64,000 nucleotides of DNA, taken from NCBI RefSeq assembly GCF_009914755.1, contig NC_060934.1; one strand, given 5' to 3'. The first letter of the stretch is position 1, and each line of letters begins with the position of its first letter. Position numbers and translations under genes: made by a program. Shown here in pieces: positions 63,900 to 64,000 of the stretch. The notes below the pieces were generated by a model. That model was given only the letters and a program-made list of their open reading frames with translations. It had not been told where the DNA came from and searched no databases. The stretch is from the human T2T-CHM13v2.0 reference genome, Homo sapiens.

Positions 63900-64000
63900 A
63901 TATTTATTTAAATATTATTTATTATTAAATGAATAAACCGAAAACCAAACCAAGACAACCACCATGAATCACCTTCCAGTGGCTTCTGGGTGATCTCAGA

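Overview
This is primate genomic DNA, most likely human or another ape: it carries AluY/S/J, LTR12/ERV9, THE1 and MER4/MER61 elements. It is AT-rich, has no CpG island, and roughly half is transposable-element remnant. I found no protein-coding exon I recognise, no RNA gene and no prokaryote-type system. The supplied ORFs come from Alu, L1, Tigger1 or LTR sequence, simple repeats, or chance. The window reads as intergenic or deep-intronic, and I cannot name the locus. The best candidate for an undescribed functional unit is a minus-strand solo LTR12 (1283-2229) with an intact NF-Y/GATA/TATA promoter, an apparently gained GABPA motif and G4 tract, and a well-formed 61-nt minus-strand exon about 1.1 kb downstream (156-96). 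Other notable structures are: a 5'-truncated LTR12 that still has TG...CA ends and a perfect 4-bp TSD; a chimeric young/old L1 that appears to mark an insertion-mediated deletion; a 33-bp E-box minisatellite; a cluster of ten TGCATG motifs; a long-range inverted repeat covering a strong 3' splice site; and a 28-bp perfect AT palindrome. Repeat family and subfamily calls are from recalled consensus sequences, not a RepeatMasker run. Boundaries of old elements (L2, MIR, L1M, ERVL LTRs) are approximate.
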